Assembly (NCBI GenBank): GCA_001794055.1
Contig: MGJB01000018.1
Coordinates: 1 to 49,304, forward strand
Direction: 5' to 3'
Origin: Candidatus Yanofskybacteria bacterium RIFCSPHIGHO2_01_FULL_41_26
GTDB taxonomy: Bacteria; Patescibacteriota; Minisyncoccia; 2-02-FULL-40-12; GWA2-44-9
DNA length: 49,304 nt
Below are positions 45,216 to 49,304 of the stretch, piece after piece. How positions within the stretch are numbered: position 1 is the stretch's first letter; each line of letters starts with the position of its first letter. Below the pieces are notes generated by a model. The model saw nothing but the letters and a program-made list of their open reading frames with translations, did no database searches and was not told the DNA's origin. Made by a program: the position numbers and the translations under genes.

Positions 45216-46376
45216 TCACAAAACTATTCCTCCGCCAAGAAGTTCTCCTTTTTTGTAAAATACTGCCGATTGGCCCGAGGTTATGGCTCTTTCGGAGTTT
45301 TCTAATTCTAATTCGCTGTTTTTATTTAGAACGGCTTGTTTTAATCCGGCTCGATAACGTAAGCGGACATCCAGTTGTTTCGGAAGCTTTGGTTCTTCGC
45401 TAACCCAGCTTATGTCTGAAACTTTGAATTTGTTTGAATAGAGGTCCTTATCGTCGCCGACGTAGATAATATTTTTTTTGATATTTTTGGAAACCACATA
45501 GTATGGTCCTTCGCCGATTCCAATATTCAACCCGTGTCTTTGGCCGATTGTATAATAGTAAACTCCATCATGAGTCCCCAAGATTCTTCCGTCTAAATGA
45601 ATAATGTCTCCCTTTTTTATTTTAATCTTAGTTTGCAAAAAATCCTTCATATCCAGAGGCCCAATAAAACAAACACCCTGACTGTCTTTTTTGTCATGAT
45701 TCGGTAATCCAAATTTTTTAGCCAGTTTTCTGATTTCTGGTTTAAGGTAATCCCCTATCGGAAATAAGCATTTCGCCAGCTGTTTCTGTTTCAAAGTCCA
45801 CAAAAAATACGATTGGTCTTTCGCGCTGTCGCGCGCGGTGAGTAGTGAATAGCGAATAGTGAGTAGTCGTTTTCTACTTACCACGTTCCACTTTCTACTT
45901 TCTCGTTTTCTTACATAATGTCCCGTGGCAATAAAATCTGCCCCTTCTTTCATTGCCTTATCAAAAAACAGGCCAAATTTGATTTCTTTGTTGCACATCA
46001 CATCAGGATTTGGAGTTCTTCCGGCTTTATATTCTCTTATCATATAATCAGTCACGGATCTTTTATATTGTTTTGAGAAGTCCCATGTTTTAAAAGGTAT
46101 GTCCAATACTGATGCCACCCTCATCGCTTCCTCCCTATCCTCTTTCCACATACACTTATCCACAGAATTGGCCATACCGACTTGCGAAGTCGGTAATGAG
46201 AAATTTGTGGATAAGTCAGGACTCCAGGGTTTCATGAATACTCCGACTACATTAAACCCCCGCCTTGCCTCGCCGAAGCCCCGCGAAGGCGGGTTCTTCA
46301 ACAAAGCAGCGGCAACAGATGAATCCACTCCCCCCGACATTGCAACGTAGACTTTTTTCGCCATTTGACTTTTCAT
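45216..46376 (-). CDS. mnmA: tRNA-specific 2-thiouridylase MnmA, carrying hairpin-encoded insertions
   Basis: PP-loop VAMSGGVDSSVAAALL, REYKAGRTPNPDVMCNKEIKF, ATGHYVR, DQSYFLW. Has extra segments relative to canonical MnmA. Confidence 0.85.
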   Translation of the reverse strand: MKSQMAKKVYVAMSGGVDSSVAAALLKNPPSRGFGEARRGFNVVGVFMKPWSPDLSTNFSLPTSQVGMANSVDKCMWKEDREEAMRVASVLDIPFKTWDFSKQYKRSVTDYMIREYKAGRTPNPDVMCNKEIKFGLFFDKAMKEGADFIATGHYVRKRESRKWNVVSRKRLLTIRYSLLTARDSAKDQSYFLWTLKQKQLAKCLFPIGDYLKPEIRKLAKKFGLPNHDKKDSQGVCFIGPLDMKDFLQTKIKIKKGDIIHLDGRILGTHDGVYYYTIGQRHGLNIGIGEGPYYVVSKNIKKNIIYVGDDKDLYSNKFKVSDISWVSEEPKLPKQLDVRLRYRAGLKQAVLNKNSELELENSERAITSGQSAVFYKKGELLGGGIVL

Positions 46377-46499
46377 TATCCAAATATTTTAATATATTTT
46401 TAAAAATTTAAAAAGCCCCCAATTAATGAGAGCAGAACGAACTACTTTATACCTGTGGAACCGAATCCTCCTGTGCCTCTAGCAGAATTTGATAATTCT

Positions 46500-47237
46500 T
46501 CATAAAACTGCCTGGCTTAAAACTTCTTTTTTTGTGGCAACTTTGTTCTCCATCGCAGAAAGAATGGCGTTGGCGAAATGTTCAACCATATGCTGTTTAT
46601 CCATCCCCGAAGTATCGACAATTCTCAACTGCGGGAATTTAGGGGACAGATCTTTGTAGGCCTGTTGGAATCTTTCGACAAGAACTTTGATGGTTTGAGG
46701 ATTGGTAAAATTTCCCAGACGGTCTGTCAGCGAGACCTCCTTAGTTCTCCTCATCGCCTCATCAGGATTACAAACTACAAAATACGCGGCATCCAACTTG
46801 TCCACCCAGAATCTGGATAAAAAGAAATTCTGATAGAGTTTAACCTCATCTGGTGTCAGCTGACCTTTAGTCTCCCAATACATCATCCAGCAGTATCCAT
46901 CAAACAAACACCTATCAAAGAGCACCAGGTCATACATGTGACCATTGCTCAAGTCCATAAGTTGAGTGCGAGCATAGTCGGCCGTTCTGATATTGTATTC
47001 CGGCGTCGTTCTAGGAATGTGCTGAATGACCTCGGCGCCTTCTTGAGGACGCAGAACCCTGAACTTCAATGTCTTGAAGAATTTGTAGAGCTCATCAATG
47101 GTCGTAGTCTTTCCGGAATCGGGAGAACCGGTGAATTCCACGAAAAACGGCCGGGGCAAGTATGATTCGCCGTATCTATGGTCAATGTTTAAATACTTTA
47201 GAACTCTTTCGGCTCTTCTCTCAAAAAGATTCTCCAT
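46500..47237 (-). CDS. P-loop kinase, deoxynucleoside-kinase-like
   Basis: Walker A FTGSPDSGKTTT and dNK-like LFDRCLFDGYCW. Start set at the ATG at 47237 (MENLFERR...). Confidence 0.5.
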   Translation of the reverse strand: MENLFERRAERVLKYLNIDHRYGESYLPRPFFVEFTGSPDSGKTTTIDELYKFFKTLKFRVLRPQEGAEVIQHIPRTTPEYNIRTADYARTQLMDLSNGHMYDLVLFDRCLFDGYCWMMYWETKGQLTPDEVKLYQNFFLSRFWVDKLDAAYFVVCNPDEAMRRTKEVSLTDRLGNFTNPQTIKVLVERFQQAYKDLSPKFPQLRIVDTSGMDKQHMVEHFANAILSAMENKVATKKEVLSQAVL

Positions 47238-47276
47238 GGCAACCTCGTTGTCAAAAATCAAAACTTTGTTTAGTAT

Positions 47277-47855
47277 ATGTTGATAGAAATGAAAGCACAA
47301 GGGGATAAAAAAATAATAGGATTTGACATGGACGGAGTGGTTTTAGATCACACAGAAAATAAACTTCTATTGGCCAAAAAATTTAATTTGAAAATCAAAA
47401 AAGAAGAAACCCCGTCTGACCTGATAAGACACTTGATGCCCCTCTCTGTTTATCGTAAATTCCAAATTGACCTGAACGACAATCCTAAATTTAGATGTTT
47501 ATGCGCCGTGATGCCGGGAACCAAGCAGATATTGAGAAGGATAATAAAATCAGAAGTACCCTACTTTTTAGTGTCCCGCCGTAAAAAAGAAAGGGCAGCT
47601 ATTAAAATTTTAAAGTATCACGGATTGTGGCCTAAGTATTTTAATAAAAATAATGCCTATTTTGTTATAACCCCGGAAGATAAAAACAAAAAAGCGGTGG
47701 AGTTGGGTATTACGCATTATTTTGACGATCAGCAAACTATTTTGGATAAGCTTGTAAATGTAAAGAACAAGTTTTTGTTTGACCATCTCGGAGTATTTAA
47801 AAATTCGCCTTATCGGCGAATTAAATCTTGGAAAGAAATCGCAAGATTGATTTAA
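47277..47855 (+). CDS. HAD-superfamily hydrolase, 5'(3')-deoxyribonucleotidase-like
   Basis: Motif I IIGFDMDGVVLD, motif IV HYFDDQ; about 190 aa. Divergent from the kinase-like gene. Confidence 0.55.
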   Translation: MLIEMKAQGDKKIIGFDMDGVVLDHTENKLLLAKKFNLKIKKEETPSDLIRHLMPLSVYRKFQIDLNDNPKFRCLCAVMPGTKQILRRIIKSEVPYFLVSRRKKERAAIKILKYHGLWPKYFNKNNAYFVITPEDKNKKAVELGITHYFDDQQTILDKLVNVKNKFLFDHLGVFKNSPYRRIKSWKEIARLI

Positions 47856-49180
47856 TTAAAAAGATTTAGTTCTCGAATTGCTCTGAATTTTTGAACAAAT
47901 GGCAGTGTTTCTTTAACTCCTTTAACTCTCAAATTCAGTCCTCCCGTAGCGGTATTGTATTTGTTCGGTCCACCGTTATAAATCATGGCCCTTACCTCGT
48001 CCAACTGATCCTGGGATAAACTGGCAAATACTTTTTTGGCCCTTGAACCGCTTCTGTTAACTTTATCGATTACATAAACCATATGATCGTCAAACACAAG
48101 AATCTGGGCCTTAATAGCATTGACCATATCCACTCTGCCAATGTCAACATCTTTAATTAAATTTGCACCGATATATGCCTGAAGTACACCGGTTTTCTTT
48201 TTTGGACTGGAATAGGTTGAAGGCATAATCTGAGCCGGACCGGAGGCGCCAGTTTTTGAAACAGTGTAGCGGAAAGCTTTTTCCTTATTTGCTCCATAGC
48301 GGACGAGAACCCTTTCTGCTTGATATTTGGCGTCATCGGAAGATGCTAATGTTAACTTGGGATCGGATTGTTCATTAATAAGAATATTTTTAACAAAGGT
48401 CGGACTGATAGTATCGACGATTAATCTGCCGGGGAAAGCTCGCGACATAATGCCTGCTTGAGCCAATCCATCAAATGCTTGTTGGACGCTTGTATTTATA
48501 AAATCTTTTCCGGAAGCAATCACCATCAAGTTTTGAATATGTTTAGAGTGAGGCACATAAACAATGTCGGAATATTTTGCCCCCGTTCTTTCTTCTGGAT
48601 AAACCAAATCGTCATTAGACATCAGGTATTTGTTAGCCGCAACGGCATATCGGTCACCGACGGTTCCGTCTCGAGTGATTGAAATATCGGAATTAAAACT
48701 GTTCCACCAATTACTGACGGCCAAAAATTCTTCACCAACATTTGACGACTGAAGTCTCGGGAGTTTATCCGGATTATTCAAATATTTTTTCCTTAATTCG
48801 TTGGCTTTATTTATCTCAGTAACATTGAGCCAGTATCTTTTTTCAAATACCTCACCAGTCTCTGTGTCCAAAACAGCTAAAGCAATTTCTTTCCTGACCA
48901 ACTCCATCACGGGTTGGCCTTTATTTTTTATGATTTTGCCTCTGTTGTCTTTTTTGGAAACTTCTTCAAATCTCAACGGCAGAGAATTTTCAAGAAGCTT
49001 TTTGCCTTCTTCAATTTTTTCCAATAGTCTCCATTCCTGGATACTGGAAACGACCAGCCCATTAATAATTATGGTTTTATTCGAGATAATATTTTCAGCG
49101 TTTAAATTTTGAGAGAAGACGGCGATGCCAAAAATAGCCAATAAGAAAAATAGAAGATTAAGTTTTAGGTTCATGTTCAT
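47852..49180 (-). CDS. secreted protein, possible lytic-transglycosylase-like domain
   Basis: Signal peptide LNLLFFLLAIFGIAVFSQNLNA. SKTGASGPAQIMPSTY resembles the SLT motif S.AGA.GLMQ.MP.T. Start set at the ATG at 49180. Confidence 0.55.
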   Translation of the reverse strand: MNMNLKLNLLFFLLAIFGIAVFSQNLNAENIISNKTIIINGLVVSSIQEWRLLEKIEEGKKLLENSLPLRFEEVSKKDNRGKIIKNKGQPVMELVRKEIALAVLDTETGEVFEKRYWLNVTEINKANELRKKYLNNPDKLPRLQSSNVGEEFLAVSNWWNSFNSDISITRDGTVGDRYAVAANKYLMSNDDLVYPEERTGAKYSDIVYVPHSKHIQNLMVIASGKDFINTSVQQAFDGLAQAGIMSRAFPGRLIVDTISPTFVKNILINEQSDPKLTLASSDDAKYQAERVLVRYGANKEKAFRYTVSKTGASGPAQIMPSTYSSPKKKTGVLQAYIGANLIKDVDIGRVDMVNAIKAQILVFDDHMVYVIDKVNRSGSRAKKVFASLSQDQLDEVRAMIYNGGPNKYNTATGGLNLRVKGVKETLPFVQKFRAIRELNLFN

Positions 49181-49304
49181 CACTTTTCCATTCTACCTTA
49201 GAATTGTTAAATTACATACAGTTAAAATAACATACCGGTGAGAATCTTCAATCTACAAATTTTTGGCAATTTCAGCCGCGAGGCGCTGAACGGAATTGGC
49301 GTAG

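Noticed and set aside
49253-49304. Possible 3' end of a minus-strand gene at the window edge (...YANSVQRLAAEIAKNL-stop)
   Set aside because: Only 17 codons are visible, which is too short to support a call.

Overview
This 49.3-kb window is low-GC (about 35-40% by eye), gene-dense and mostly minus-strand. It looks like a reduced CPR/Patescibacteria-type genome. That is an inference from the short rpoA, alaS and rplM, the many cell-envelope glycosyltransferases, and nucleotide salvage genes. Recognisable content falls into four groups. (1) A cell-envelope block: CtpA-like S41 protease, three GT2 and two GT4 glycosyltransferases, an LCP protein, an O-antigen-ligase-like protein, MreB, MurA and a class A PBP. 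(2) The 3' part of the ribosomal alpha operon (infA-rpmJ-rpsM-rpsK-rpsD-rpoA-rplQ) followed by rplM-rpsI. (3) Housekeeping genes: dus, alaS, hup, rny, gpmI and mnmA. (4) Four tRNAs: His-GUG, Pro-UGG, Arg-UCU and Gly-UCC. The most interesting locus is a compact four-gene cassette at 29555-32665 on the minus strand, lying exactly between tRNA-Pro and tRNA-Arg. It encodes a 448-aa protein with an E2-like Cys flap, a JAB/MPN metalloprotease with a complete JAMM motif, a minimal 231-aa ThiF/E1-like adenylase, and an 89-aa beta-grasp ubiquitin-like protein ending in Gly. It has its own promoter, which overlaps a 14-bp palindrome, and its own terminator. The second theme is hairpin-forming repeat DNA. 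A ~108-nt repeat family has three copies plus a ~210-nt variant, and copies abut the stop codons of dus, rny and ctpA. A ~300-nt nested inverted-repeat element sits between murA and the next gene. Short GC-rich palindromes and a nested-hairpin element lie in frame inside conserved genes (mnmA, dus, ctpA and a GT2), resembling Rickettsia-type palindromic elements. No rRNA, CRISPR array, integrase or transposase was seen. All calls come from reading the sequence and the ORF translations; no searches were run.
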